Part shown: piece by piece, positions 29,624 to 38,424 of the stretch | Layout of the letters: each line of letters starts with the position of its first letter | Numbering within the stretch: position 1 is the first letter of the stretch | DNA from: a virus | Taxonomy: Duplodnaviria > Heunggongvirae > Uroviricota > Caudoviricetes | Strand: one strand, 5' to 3' | Length of the DNA stretch: 64,000 nt | IMG/VR virus record: IMGVR_UViG_3300021400_000141 | Coordinates: 96,001 to 160,000 of that record | Position numbers and translations under genes: made by a program | The notes under the pieces: model-generated | Told to the model about the DNA's origin: nothing | The model's input: only the letters and a program-made list of their open reading frames with translations | Database searches by the model: none

Positions 29624-29863
29624 TTACAAGAACTGCCTCAGATACGGATTGGCACAAATGACCGCAACGGAAAGCTTCTTGTTGTGGAGCTTAACCGTCT
29701 GGCGGTGCCTGACACGTTTCTTTTTCACGGAAGGTGTGGCCTGCTGCTCCTTGCCATCAGTCACCACCTGCTTGGGAGGTTCTGGAATGACAGGGGCTTC
29801 CTTTACGATTGGCCTATCTTCCTGAACGGAAACGGGTTCCGTATTTCTATGTCTTCTTGTCAT
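29624..29863 (-). CDS. Hypothetical basic protein
   Basis: AGGAGG RBS; 79 aa. Confidence 0.6.
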   Translation of the reverse strand: MTRRHRNTEPVSVQEDRPIVKEAPVIPEPPKQVVTDGKEQQATPSVKKKRVRHRQTVKLHNKKLSVAVICANPYLRQFL

Positions 29864-29906
29864 GTCGTCCTCCTAATTTAGATAAAAAACTCACGACCGT
29901 CAAGTT

Positions 29907-30707
29907 TTAGTTAGATAAGTCAGTCATCATGAACGGCCTTGCTGCCTCGTTCTTGATTTCTTCGAGCTTCTTATCGTTGATTTCTTTCCAAGTGGTATAG
30001 ATTGTCTGTCCGTTCACAGTACCACCACCAGGAAGAGTGACCGTGTCCTTCATGAGAATGATGCCGAGCTGCATACCAGCCCTAGACACCACGAAGTCCC
30101 TGAACAGCGGGTTGGCAAACACTTCTGCCTGCTTAGCCTTCAAGTAAACCCTAGCGATTGCATTCCTATCCGTTTTCGGAGTAGGATAGACACGCATGCG
30201 GTGTTCAACGGGGTGCAGCTTGACGCTGTACTGCGTACCAACAATCTTCTTAACGTCTTGTAGATATCTCAGTGCGCCCGTATACGTGATAAGGTCGAAC
30301 TGCCCCAGTCCGCCAAGACCAGCACCGCCAACACCCATCAGGGATTCGCCAGGGCCCACATCCCATGCCATCATCGGGCTAAACGTGTTTCCGTAGCTCG
30401 GGTTCAGGTCAACCAACTGATACACATTGTCGGGAACCTTGTATTCGATAATTCCCTGCTTCAGATGGATAATCATGTAGTCGCTGTAAGTCGCTTCGGA
30501 CTGCATGTAGCGGTAGAAGTAGTCGAGCGAGTCCTGAATGGCCATGGCGATATGACCAAGACCGTTTCTGTTCTCGACTTCCATCTCGATTTCTGTGGCC
30601 GGATAGCCCAGCCTAGCCTTGATGTACTCGGTGACATCATCACGAGTCATCAGCATTGTTGGCAGCGGGTCTGGCGGCAAGTTGAAAATTTCAGGGTTCC
30701 TACGCAT
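29907..30707 (-). CDS. Neck/head-tail adaptor protein (T4 gp13-like)
   Basis: EYIKARLGYP.TEIE, AIQDSLDYF and K..VTLPGGGTVNGQTIY are gp13 motifs. Confidence 0.85.
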   Translation of the reverse strand: MRRNPEIFNLPPDPLPTMLMTRDDVTEYIKARLGYPATEIEMEVENRNGLGHIAMAIQDSLDYFYRYMQSEATYSDYMIIHLKQGIIEYKVPDNVYQLVDLNPSYGNTFSPMMAWDVGPGESLMGVGGAGLGGLGQFDLITYTGALRYLQDVKKIVGTQYSVKLHPVEHRMRVYPTPKTDRNAIARVYLKAKQAEVFANPLFRDFVVSRAGMQLGIILMKDTVTLPGGGTVNGQTIYTTWKEINDKKLEEIKNEAARPFMMTDLSN

Positions 30708-31231
30708 TATGCAATCTTCCTCTCTGGGAACCTAGAATAGATTTCCTGGTCACCCGTCTTCAATGTGATGTTGAACAGTGGCTTACCCGTTCTGTTGGAA
30801 GTAACGTTTATTCGGCCCTTCATTCCACCGTCGGGAGTATGAGATATTCCAATGCTGAAATCCTTGGTCGAATTGATTTGTTCAGAGGTGATGCCAAACT
30901 GCGGCGTGTAGTACATATCAAGGTTAGCCAAGATAAATTCCTTCAACGCCTGCTTGGACTCGAACTTCTGTAGCCTTCCGTTCATCAACTCCTGGTGCAA
31001 CCAATATGTGTATCGGTTGACTAGATGCGGAGTGCGGTTATAGATGTCCTCAATTCCCCTGAACGTGAAAAACATCTGCGGGTGCTCTGGACTGTAGTAG
31101 ATAAAGTTAGCCTCTGGGTGCTTGAAACATTCCTCGAACAATGCAGACACAACGGCTGATTGGGCTTCGGTCAGCCCAAGCTTGTCGATGTTCTCATAGA
31201 ACAATGCCGCTTTGTCAAGACTATCAGTCAT
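30707..31231 (-). CDS. Hypothetical protein with shared N-terminal motif
   Basis: LFYENIDKLGLTEAQSAVVSALFEECF; start could be 31255. Confidence 0.7.
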   Translation of the reverse strand: MTDSLDKAALFYENIDKLGLTEAQSAVVSALFEECFKHPEANFIYYSPEHPQMFFTFRGIEDIYNRTPHLVNRYTYWLHQELMNGRLQKFESKQALKEFILANLDMYYTPQFGITSEQINSTKDFSIGISHTPDGGMKGRINVTSNRTGKPLFNITLKTGDQEIYSRFPERKIA

Positions 31232-31244
31232 AGTTACCCGTAAA

Positions 31245-31937
31245 TTAAACGTCATTGTTTTCAAAGAAACGGATGAGGTGATACTTAATTCCAGTCAACT
31301 CGTCGATGAAACCGTCGAGCGTACCGTTAAGTCCGAATGTCTCGAAATGTTCAAGCTGAGAACGGAACTCAGAAATCTTATCGAGGTCTTCATCGACCGA
31401 TGCGAGGAACGCACCCTTGTCGGTCAGGTTAGGAATCTTTCCAGACCATACCTTGAAATCGATGTTCTCGTTATAAGTAGCCTGCAATGTTTCGGCCACC
31501 TTGTCCTTGGTTTCCTGGTAGAGTTCGTAGCATTCCTGTGCCTTCTCGTGCAGGGACTTGCTTTCAGCGTTCCAGTGGTATTGCTGGTATGCGTTCTGCT
31601 TGGCGTTCATGAGCGTCAAGAGGTTGTACATTATAGCCTTTGCACCTTCGTCGGCATTCGGTTCATTGGCGGCTTCGGACGGGGTTTCCTCAGGTTCAAG
31701 ATTCTCGGGAACTTCTTCCTCGGGTGCATTGAGCTCTTCTTCGCCAGCATCAACGCCGTCATCACCTTCGTCCTTTTCTTCCTTCTCGTCCGACTCCTCT
31801 TTATTATCGTCATCGTCATCCGAGTCGTTTTCGGCTGCCTCGTAGATGGCGTTGTGGATAGCAGCCACCGCATCAATAGTGTCTGGGTCAATGCCAGCTT
31901 GCTGCATTGATTCCACGAAAATTTTGTACGGATTCAT
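31245..31937 (-). CDS. Dps/ferritin-like protein with N-terminal motif and acidic linker
   Basis: QQYHWNAESKSLHEKAQECYE...DKVAE matches the Dps ferroxidase pattern (HW...H...E.Y...D..AE). Confidence 0.75.
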   Translation of the reverse strand: MNPYKIFVESMQQAGIDPDTIDAVAAIHNAIYEAAENDSDDDDDNKEESDEKEEKDEGDDGVDAGEEELNAPEEEVPENLEPEETPSEAANEPNADEGAKAIMYNLLTLMNAKQNAYQQYHWNAESKSLHEKAQECYELYQETKDKVAETLQATYNENIDFKVWSGKIPNLTDKGAFLASVDEDLDKISEFRSQLEHFETFGLNGTLDGFIDELTGIKYHLIRFFENNDV

Positions 31938-31964
31938 ATTACTCCTCAGTAATGAACTATCAAT

Positions 31965-31972
31965 AGTTTATA
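31965..31972 (-). promoter_or_regulatory. Late promoter box TATAAACT
   Basis: 27 nt upstream of 31937. Confidence 0.65.
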
Positions 31973-31985
31973 CCTTGGAGAACCT

Positions 31986-32015
31986 AAAAAGAAAGCCTAC
32001 GGCATCAACCGTAGG
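31986..32015 (-). terminator. Intrinsic terminator
   Basis: CCTACGG-TTGATG-CCGTAGG then CTTTCTTTTT; overlaps the stop of the gp51-like ORF. Confidence 0.75.
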
Positions 32016-32205
32016 TCACTTCGTTGCTTTTATTCACCCTTTTGCGGGATTTCATCTTATCTATGACATAGTCACTCAATTCGATGAAGTCTGGGAAGAA
32101 CATGCGGTCACATTCCGTCATTGTCGTCGATGTTTCCGCAGTCACGTATATCTTACGCTTTTTTAGGCTGGCTAATCTGTATCGAGGAAATGAATGTAGA
32201 ATACC
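32005..32205 (-). CDS. gp51-like baseplate/tail assembly ORF, probably reached by +1 frameshift
   Basis: Not in the ORF track; ...RKIYVTAETSTTMTECDRMFFPDFIELSDYVIDKMKSRK... in the +1 frame of the gp26-like gene, with no good independent start. Confidence 0.55.
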   Translation of the reverse strand, partial: GILHSFPRYRLASLKKRKIYVTAETSTTMTECDRMFFPDFIELSDYVIDKMKSRKRVNKSNEVTYG

Positions 32206-33505
32206 GAAAGGGGAACGGGGTCACCGTCACACCTCCGCAGTTAGGGCACGTATGTGCCACCATCGTCTTGGTCCTGAAAGAGCATTTCGACATTTCGGAC
32301 AAGAACCTGGATGCGTCATCCTTGTTCAGGTTGCCAATGAAATCTATCTTGGCCTGCGTCGTCTGGCATCCTGGGATGTCCACGAGAAGAGCCAAATTCA
32401 AAAGGGCGATGTACGGCTTGGTCGGTGTGAAACCCTGCCTCTTCCATGTGTCAATCTGGTCCTTGTAAACGTAATCGTGGAAACGCCGTCTTACATACAC
32501 CTCGATTGCATTTACCCCACCGATGTTTTCGATTGGGTGATAGCCGTATTCCCTGTAAAGTTCGAACAACTCCGTCGGGTCCACATTCGGGCGGAACAAC
32601 ATGTTAGTAAAGTCAATTTTGTAACCAGGGTCGTCAACCACGGTTCCACAATGTTCGCAAGTGAACTTTGTCCATGTGTACGGGTCTTTCGGGAAAGTCG
32701 ATGCACGCAGATACTGCAACGTGTAAATTTCGTCGCCAGTCAGGATTTGCATCGGGCCCCCATCGCAGCGTGTACGCCGTCCAAGGATTTCCGTAATAGA
32801 ATCCATTTTGTTGGAGTTGTCCATGTTTTCTACCATCAGCATGTCGATAAGTCGCAACGGCTGTGCCAACATCGGCGTTCGGTAGAACAGTCCCTTTGAC
32901 GGGAGTTCGTCCAGCGGAAGAAAATCTTCCTCGTTTGTCTGTGGGGGCTCATTTACAGCAACTATTGGCGTCTGAACGGGAACCGCATCCTGCGGCTGTT
33001 GAGGAATGGCTGCCTGGGGAACGAACCCCTGCGGTGGTTCCTGATTGACTGGGGGAGGAACCCTGTTAGCGGCAGCCTGAGAATACTTACGGGCAAGCTC
33101 TTCACCAGAAATATGGTGAACATCTGTCGGCGGGTTTTCGCCTTTCTCATGATAGAACATCGCGTCGTATTGCTCGTCAGTAACATGCGGTGTACGAGCA
33201 TCCATTGCGGGGAAAGTCTTATGCGGGTCAAACCATCTTTGCTCGGTTTCCTGTGGAGCAGCCTCGCCCTGTTCGGGCTCCTCAATCTTGAAAGACTTTT
33301 TCACAGGCCTCGTTATCTTAACGGACTGCTTTTCGTTAATAATTCGCCGTTTAGGAGGTTCCTGAAAAATCATGGAGCCAGTTGGAGAATTACCCAACTG
33401 TTTCCTCATTGCAACCGCCTGTTTCAGCAAATTTTCTGGTGCAGCCATGTTATACCCCTGCGTAATACGAGTAGACGTACCTCGGCCCTTCGTAATGTTG
33501 TCCAT
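32153..33505 (-). CDS. Baseplate hub assembly/tail chaperone (T4 gp26-like)
   Basis: ELPSKGLFY, ILTGDEIYTLQYLRAST, FTCEHCG and HTCPNCGG Zn ribbons; long low-complexity N-terminus. Confidence 0.75.
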   Translation of the reverse strand: MDNITKGRGTSTRITQGYNMAAPENLLKQAVAMRKQLGNSPTGSMIFQEPPKRRIINEKQSVKITRPVKKSFKIEEPEQGEAAPQETEQRWFDPHKTFPAMDARTPHVTDEQYDAMFYHEKGENPPTDVHHISGEELARKYSQAAANRVPPPVNQEPPQGFVPQAAIPQQPQDAVPVQTPIVAVNEPPQTNEEDFLPLDELPSKGLFYRTPMLAQPLRLIDMLMVENMDNSNKMDSITEILGRRTRCDGGPMQILTGDEIYTLQYLRASTFPKDPYTWTKFTCEHCGTVVDDPGYKIDFTNMLFRPNVDPTELFELYREYGYHPIENIGGVNAIEVYVRRRFHDYVYKDQIDTWKRQGFTPTKPYIALLNLALLVDIPGCQTTQAKIDFIGNLNKDDASRFLSEMSKCSFRTKTMVAHTCPNCGGVTVTPFPFRYSTFISSIQISQPKKA

Positions 33506-33779
33506 TTTTCAGGTCGATGGATATCTTTTCGTTTTCTTTTTCCTTCTCATTGAGTTTATCGGAGACCATTTTTGCCAATTTTTCGGTCATCGGGTCAGGC
33601 AATTCCTGGTCCTCGTACTTGTCTACGATAATCGGCTGAGAAATGGACAAGTCCCGCATGGCGTTGTAGTCATGCGGGTCATGTCCTTTTTCGTACCACT
33701 TCATGTCATACCTGATGACATTGAAGCGAGACGGCTCTGCATTATTTGTCTGCGGGTTCTGCGGTTCCATTTTCAGCAC
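33450..33779 (-). CDS. Hypothetical protein
   Basis: ORF overlapping both neighbours. Confidence 0.55.
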   Translation of the reverse strand: MLKMEPQNPQTNNAEPSRFNVIRYDMKWYEKGHDPHDYNAMRDLSISQPIIVDKYEDQELPDPMTEKLAKMVSDKLNEKEKENEKISIDLKNGQHYEGPRYVYSYYAGV

Positions 33780-35073
33780 CGTTGCTTTCGGCAGAGAAAC
33801 GCTTCTTCACCATGTCCTTACCAATGAGGACAGCGAACAGTCTGGCCATCGCTACCGCCTTGTCCGAAATCTTGCCTTCGATGGCACCACGCTGCTCATT
33901 GTACAACTTGTTCCATTCGACAGTCACGCAAGCATGGCTAATCATGTTGTCAATCTGGTTGTAGGTCGTCTGCGGGTTGAATGCCGTGCCAGTCTTTTCG
34001 CAGATGTGAGTTTCGGGGGTGAACCAGTCCTTGCGAACACAGGCAAAGGCGATGGAGCCGCATGCGATAGACAGCATCGGGTCGATATCGCCGCTAGCAA
34101 GGTCGTAGTTCAATGCGTTAGAGCAGTGGATTACAAAGTCATAGCGACCGTCACGCTCGTCAAGATACGTGTTGGTGATGTTCTTGAAGTTCACGCTAGG
34201 TGCAGTGTAGTGCATGATATGACGCACATCACCGTTAGCGAGGAGAAGCATCAAGTCCTCGGGAAGTTCAGAACCAGAACAAATCGTGAAGTTGTACTTC
34301 TTGTGCTTGGCAACGATGAACTCCGCCACGTTCTGCGGGATGACAGCACCCTTAACAAGGATTTTCGGCTTGGAAAGCGTCGTGCTGTAAGTCCTTGCCT
34401 GATTGACTGCATACACCTGATAAATCTGCGGAGAAACCGTGAACGGAAGGATGGTAATGTCGTTCTTCCTAGATTCGGGAACAAAGCCGATATCGACGAG
34501 GGCGTGCCTCAATTCAGCGGTAGGAACGATGATGGTATCAGCCATCTGGAGAAGGTCTTCAACGACACGGACTTCAAACAGGTTCTTACCACGTCCACCA
34601 ACACCGTCCCACACGAGTTCGTCAAGGATGTAGATGACACGGAAGTTCAACTTGCGGATTGCATCGTTCTTCGCTTCCTTTTCAGCACTGACCTTTTCGC
34701 TGTCTCCCTTGTTGTAGGCAGTGTCCAGCACGGTGTCACCGACAGTGTTCTGGAAACTACTGAACTTCATCTTCTGGACAACTTCGAAAACTGCAGGATT
34801 CTTGATATTGTCAAGAATGACGACGGTTTCCTTGGTGACGGCAAGCTTGGAATAGAGGTCGATGAACATCGCTGATGTCATCGTGATGTGGTTAAACGTG
34901 CAAAGTGTGTCGTAGAACGGGCACAAATGTGCGATATCTTCGTTAAAACGACCACCAAATAAGCGTGAGTCACCATCGTTCACATGGATGATATCCACGG
35001 TAGCCTTTACCTTGACCTTGTCTTCAATGAGTTTTTCATATAGCTCAGTAGCTTTCATAATATCCTTCTGCAT
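33742..35073 (-). CDS. Divergent GT-B (GT4-like) glycosyltransferase
   Basis: RVIYILDELVW, LLQMADTIIVPTAEL, ITILPF and KPKILVKG follow the pattern of phage GT-B proteins; the C-terminal E motif is degenerate. Confidence 0.55.
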   Translation of the reverse strand: MQKDIMKATELYEKLIEDKVKVKATVDIIHVNDGDSRLFGGRFNEDIAHLCPFYDTLCTFNHITMTSAMFIDLYSKLAVTKETVVILDNIKNPAVFEVVQKMKFSSFQNTVGDTVLDTAYNKGDSEKVSAEKEAKNDAIRKLNFRVIYILDELVWDGVGGRGKNLFEVRVVEDLLQMADTIIVPTAELRHALVDIGFVPESRKNDITILPFTVSPQIYQVYAVNQARTYSTTLSKPKILVKGAVIPQNVAEFIVAKHKKYNFTICSGSELPEDLMLLLANGDVRHIMHYTAPSVNFKNITNTYLDERDGRYDFVIHCSNALNYDLASGDIDPMLSIACGSIAFACVRKDWFTPETHICEKTGTAFNPQTTYNQIDNMISHACVTVEWNKLYNEQRGAIEGKISDKAVAMARLFAVLIGKDMVKKRFSAESNGAENGTAEPADK

Positions 35074-35096
35074 AAAAGGTTGTTATTTACATCAAT

Positions 35097-35110
35097 AAAA
35101 TACATTTTTT
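35097..35110 (-). promoter_or_regulatory. AAAAAATGTATTTT motif (second promoter class)
   Basis: 23 nt upstream of 35073. Confidence 0.55.
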
Positions 35111-35149
35111 AGACATGTACATTATATAAAAACGCTATATTTAGAAAAA

Positions 35150-35512
35150 TTAAGACAGTCTATCCATCATAGGCATACCTTTTGAGAAGGACACCCACCT
35201 TATAAGAATGTCGGCATTCGGGTCGTTGGTGTAATGCACAAACGAGGATTTCTGGTTAGGGCTGTCCTCTGGGACATGCGTCTTAATACGGTAACGGTAA
35301 TATGAGGGTTTAGGCTCAGGCTCATCTGGTAATCCAAACGTAATCGGGGTGTACTCGAATTTTCCCGCATCGCAATCGTCTACTATGACCTCGATGCTCC
35401 CACGGATACCCATAGGGAACCCGCCAATGACAGTTCCGTCAACCAATGTCAAGGTGTGACCGCTGTAAACGGCCCTAACCTGATTTCGAGGGAATACCTT
35501 GTATTCGTTCAT
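35150..35512 (-). CDS. Hypothetical protein
   Basis: AAGGAG RBS before MNEYKV. Confidence 0.65.
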   Translation of the reverse strand: MNEYKVFPRNQVRAVYSGHTLTLVDGTVIGGFPMGIRGSIEVIVDDCDAGKFEYTPITFGLPDEPEPKPSYYRYRIKTHVPEDSPNQKSSFVHYTNDPNADILIRWVSFSKGMPMMDRLS

Positions 35513-35522
35513 ATCAACTCCT

Positions 35523-36656
35523 TTACGTAGCATCAAAACTGCTAATCATGGAAATAATTTTATCCTTAGCACTGGTTCCGTCACTCAATGTCGGAGGGGG
35601 CTGGTCGGCATTTTCCATGAACAGACGGGCAACTTCCATCTGGCTCATGGTAACTACCTTCTTTGCTTCCTCGTCATCCTCTTCGACGATGGCAACAGCG
35701 TCCGCAGGGTCATGTTCCTCGACATGCTTTCCGTATGGAGACTGGAAGACATGGAGAGGGTTCTTTGCCTTCAACTTGTCAAGCGGAACCATCGCTTCCT
35801 CGGCAGTCTTGGACACATCGTTGTTGTACTTGACAAGATTGCCGCTAAGGTCTGGAAGGGCATCTATGTCGTCAAAATCGTTCACTTCCACGTAGCGTTC
35901 GCCGATTGTATTCTCGATGAAATTGACCTTCATCTTATCGGTATCGCAGGTGTAGTAGCCAGGAATTGTACCGAGGTGTGCAAACGACTGGTGATACGGG
36001 GTTCCGAGATAGACGAAACGGGTGTTTCCAATCTTCTTTGCAGACTTGCAGTGATAATGGCCGCTGATTACATAGGTGCAATACTTGGACATCTCGTTCG
36101 GGTCGAAACCTTCGACGGAAATGTTTCCAGCCTCCATGAGCATGCCGATGATATCGAAATGTCCGAAGAACACGTTGCGGTCTCGCTGTGCAGGAGTTGC
36201 TCCGACAGACTTCATGTAATCGAGTGCCTTCGCCTTGTTTTCCGCAGTACCGAGCCACGGGAACAGATGCCAGTCGTAATTGCCGAGCGTCATCTTGACA
36301 GGCTCCTTGTCAACCAAAGTCACGTTCGGAATGAACTTCAGAAACTCCAATGACGTAAGGCAGTCGGAGTTCTCGTACTGCATGTCATGGTTTCCAGTAA
36401 TAGTGATGATATTGAAGTCCTTCATGCGGTTGGCAAACAGGTCGATGACATAGTGAAGGGACTCGACCATAACGATGTTGCGGTTATCGAAGATATCTCC
36501 GCTGAACAGGATGGTATCTATGCCTTCCTGCTTGAAGTCAGCGATGATTTTATCGAAAAGTTCATCACGCTTCTTGTTGTGGTAGTCGGTAATGACCTGG
36601 TTGTGGAAGAAAGTCTTCCCAACGTGGATGTCGCCGATAATTCCGATTTTACTCAT
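35523..36656 (-). CDS. Recombination nuclease subunit (T4 gp47/SbcD/Mre11-like)
   Basis: GDIHVG, SGDIFD, GNHD, FGHF, SGHYH and YLGTPY metallophosphoesterase motifs. Confidence 0.9.
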   Translation of the reverse strand: MSKIGIIGDIHVGKTFFHNQVITDYHNKKRDELFDKIIADFKQEGIDTILFSGDIFDNRNIVMVESLHYVIDLFANRMKDFNIITITGNHDMQYENSDCLTSLEFLKFIPNVTLVDKEPVKMTLGNYDWHLFPWLGTAENKAKALDYMKSVGATPAQRDRNVFFGHFDIIGMLMEAGNISVEGFDPNEMSKYCTYVISGHYHCKSAKKIGNTRFVYLGTPYHQSFAHLGTIPGYYTCDTDKMKVNFIENTIGERYVEVNDFDDIDALPDLSGNLVKYNNDVSKTAEEAMVPLDKLKAKNPLHVFQSPYGKHVEEHDPADAVAIVEEDDEEAKKVVTMSQMEVARLFMENADQPPPTLSDGTSAKDKIISMISSFDAT

Positions 36657-37353
36657 GTTCATCTTCCTTATGTTCAATTTGTTTCTGCTCGGTAGCCTTC
36701 TTCTCGTTTTCCTGGAAGAACAGGATAAGCTTGTTCATGTCGTCTGGGGTAGCATCCATGGTTCCGTCATCGTTGGTAAGCTTCTTGGCATCCTCGATGT
36801 TCTTGATTTCCATGGTAAGAAGGTCTTCTTCCTTGCGGAGTTCCTGAGTGACTTTCAAAAGGCGTTCCAGACTCTGGCCAACGCTTGAAATCATAGAGCT
36901 GACAGCAGACCACATCTTGTCGCTCATATCCAACGAGGATTCCACTTGGTCGTTCAGCTTGTCCATGAGGTTGGACGATATGTCGTAGAGTCGGTTGGCT
37001 TGGGCCCTAATACGGGCACATTCGGCAAAGTGCTGCTCTGGCGTAAGTTTGCCGAGCTTTTCCTGTGCAAGCAGGGCTGTACCCTTGGTTTCGAATATCT
37101 GGGTCTTGGCCTGTATCTTTCGGACCATCTGCTTGGTCTCTTCGATACCTTCCTTGGTAGAGCCGATAGGGAGTTTCAACTTTTCTTCAAGCGCAGTGAA
37201 GATATCCTGCTTCTGCTCATCAGGTTTATCCTCGGTCGGCTGTTCGGTCTCATCCTTCGGTTCAACGGGGGTTTCCGCAGGAGTCTCATCCTTGCTAGGG
37301 TCAACATCCCACGGCATGTTCATGTTAAACGGATTGAATGTTTCGTCAGACAT
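36649..37353 (-). CDS. Probable terminase small subunit (T4 gp16-like)
   Basis: Helical core RLYDISSNLMDKL...DKMWSAVSSMISSVGQSLERLLKV and tail MDATPDDMNKLI resemble gp16. Confidence 0.55.
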   Translation of the reverse strand: MSDETFNPFNMNMPWDVDPSKDETPAETPVEPKDETEQPTEDKPDEQKQDIFTALEEKLKLPIGSTKEGIEETKQMVRKIQAKTQIFETKGTALLAQEKLGKLTPEQHFAECARIRAQANRLYDISSNLMDKLNDQVESSLDMSDKMWSAVSSMISSVGQSLERLLKVTQELRKEEDLLTMEIKNIEDAKKLTNDDGTMDATPDDMNKLILFFQENEKKATEQKQIEHKEDEHE

Positions 37354-37892
37354 TAGTCTTCCTCCACCTCTTTATCAAGGTCGATAAGGCCCTTTTTGCC
37401 AGACTCTACGGCAAGAGAATTCAGGTCAAGGATAGTCTGGACATTCTTCTGATAGAACCTGACAGCATCAGCAAACCCCTTCAAATTATCGATATAAGCC
37501 TGTTTCTTCTTGATTCTAACATCAAGGTCGGCTATCTCCTTCTTTCCAGAGAGGTACATGTTTACATTGTCCTTGGTCTTCTCGAAAGGCTGTCTGCTAC
37601 TCATCAGCTGTTCGAACATTTCGCCCCACTTGGTCGCCCTGTCATGTTCAAGGTCGGCAAGCTGCAACTGGGCCTGCATGAGTAGTCCATTCGCGTTAAT
37701 CTGCCCATCACCGATGTTTTCAACCATGTTCTGAAGCATGATATCCACATCGAACTTGCCCTTCTTGTTCTTGGTCTTGACCTTGTCCTTCATCCAATCG
37801 GCAAGTTTTTCAATGTTTTCATTAACAGTTACCACCCCGTTCTCGTCGGTGGGCTGTGGAACAACAGGAATAACCTTAGGTGTTTCTGGCAT
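37353..37892 (-). CDS. UvsY-like recombination mediator
   Basis: Coiled helices, KTKDNVNMYLSGKKEIADL and YIDNLKGFADAVRF..KNV fit the UvsY pattern. Confidence 0.55.
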   Translation of the reverse strand: MPETPKVIPVVPQPTDENGVVTVNENIEKLADWMKDKVKTKNKKGKFDVDIMLQNMVENIGDGQINANGLLMQAQLQLADLEHDRATKWGEMFEQLMSSRQPFEKTKDNVNMYLSGKKEIADLDVRIKKKQAYIDNLKGFADAVRFYQKNVQTILDLNSLAVESGKKGLIDLDKEVEED

Positions 37893-37933
37893 AACAATCC
37901 TCAAAAAGGGGAATAATACGTATATTCCCCCAA

Positions 37934-37962
37934 AATATATATTTTTATGTCCAAATTGGCAA
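37934..37962 (-). promoter_or_regulatory. sigma70-type promoter
   Basis: TTGCCA-N17-TATATT. Confidence 0.7.
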
Positions 37963-37968
37963 GTGGAT

Positions 37969-38400
37969 TTATTCACCAATGGCATCGAGTATACGTGCAG
38001 CCGAGCCGCCTGCCCTGGTCTTGGTGAACATCGCTTCCTTGTTAGTCAACCCGTGGGTGTACTGATAGACAAACATGGATACAACCATGGCAGAACCGTA
38101 GAAATCGTAAATGGCCTTCACACTTTCGAACTCAGGAGCAATCTTTCTGGTATAGTCATTAAACAACTTGACAAGGCCATCTGCATCTAGCACCTGACCA
38201 TTAAATGAAATATGTTTGCCATCTATAATGAGGGCACAGTATACAGCAAACAACGAAGCAGCGTCCGCTATGGCTTGCCCACTTAAATCGGGGAAAGCCT
38301 TATGCAAATAGATGCGAAGAATATTCACCTTTTCCTGTGTGATTGCCGTTTTACCGTCCTTGTACACACTATCCATCAAACTGTCAATGCTTGTCGCCAT
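37969..38400 (-). CDS. Hypothetical late protein
   Basis: TATAAACT at 38422-38429. Confidence 0.7.
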   Translation of the reverse strand: MATSIDSLMDSVYKDGKTAITQEKVNILRIYLHKAFPDLSGQAIADAASLFAVYCALIIDGKHISFNGQVLDADGLVKLFNDYTRKIAPEFESVKAIYDFYGSAMVVSMFVYQYTHGLTNKEAMFTKTRAGGSAARILDAIGE

Positions 38401-38424
38401 ATCGCCACCATACTTTACTGTAGT

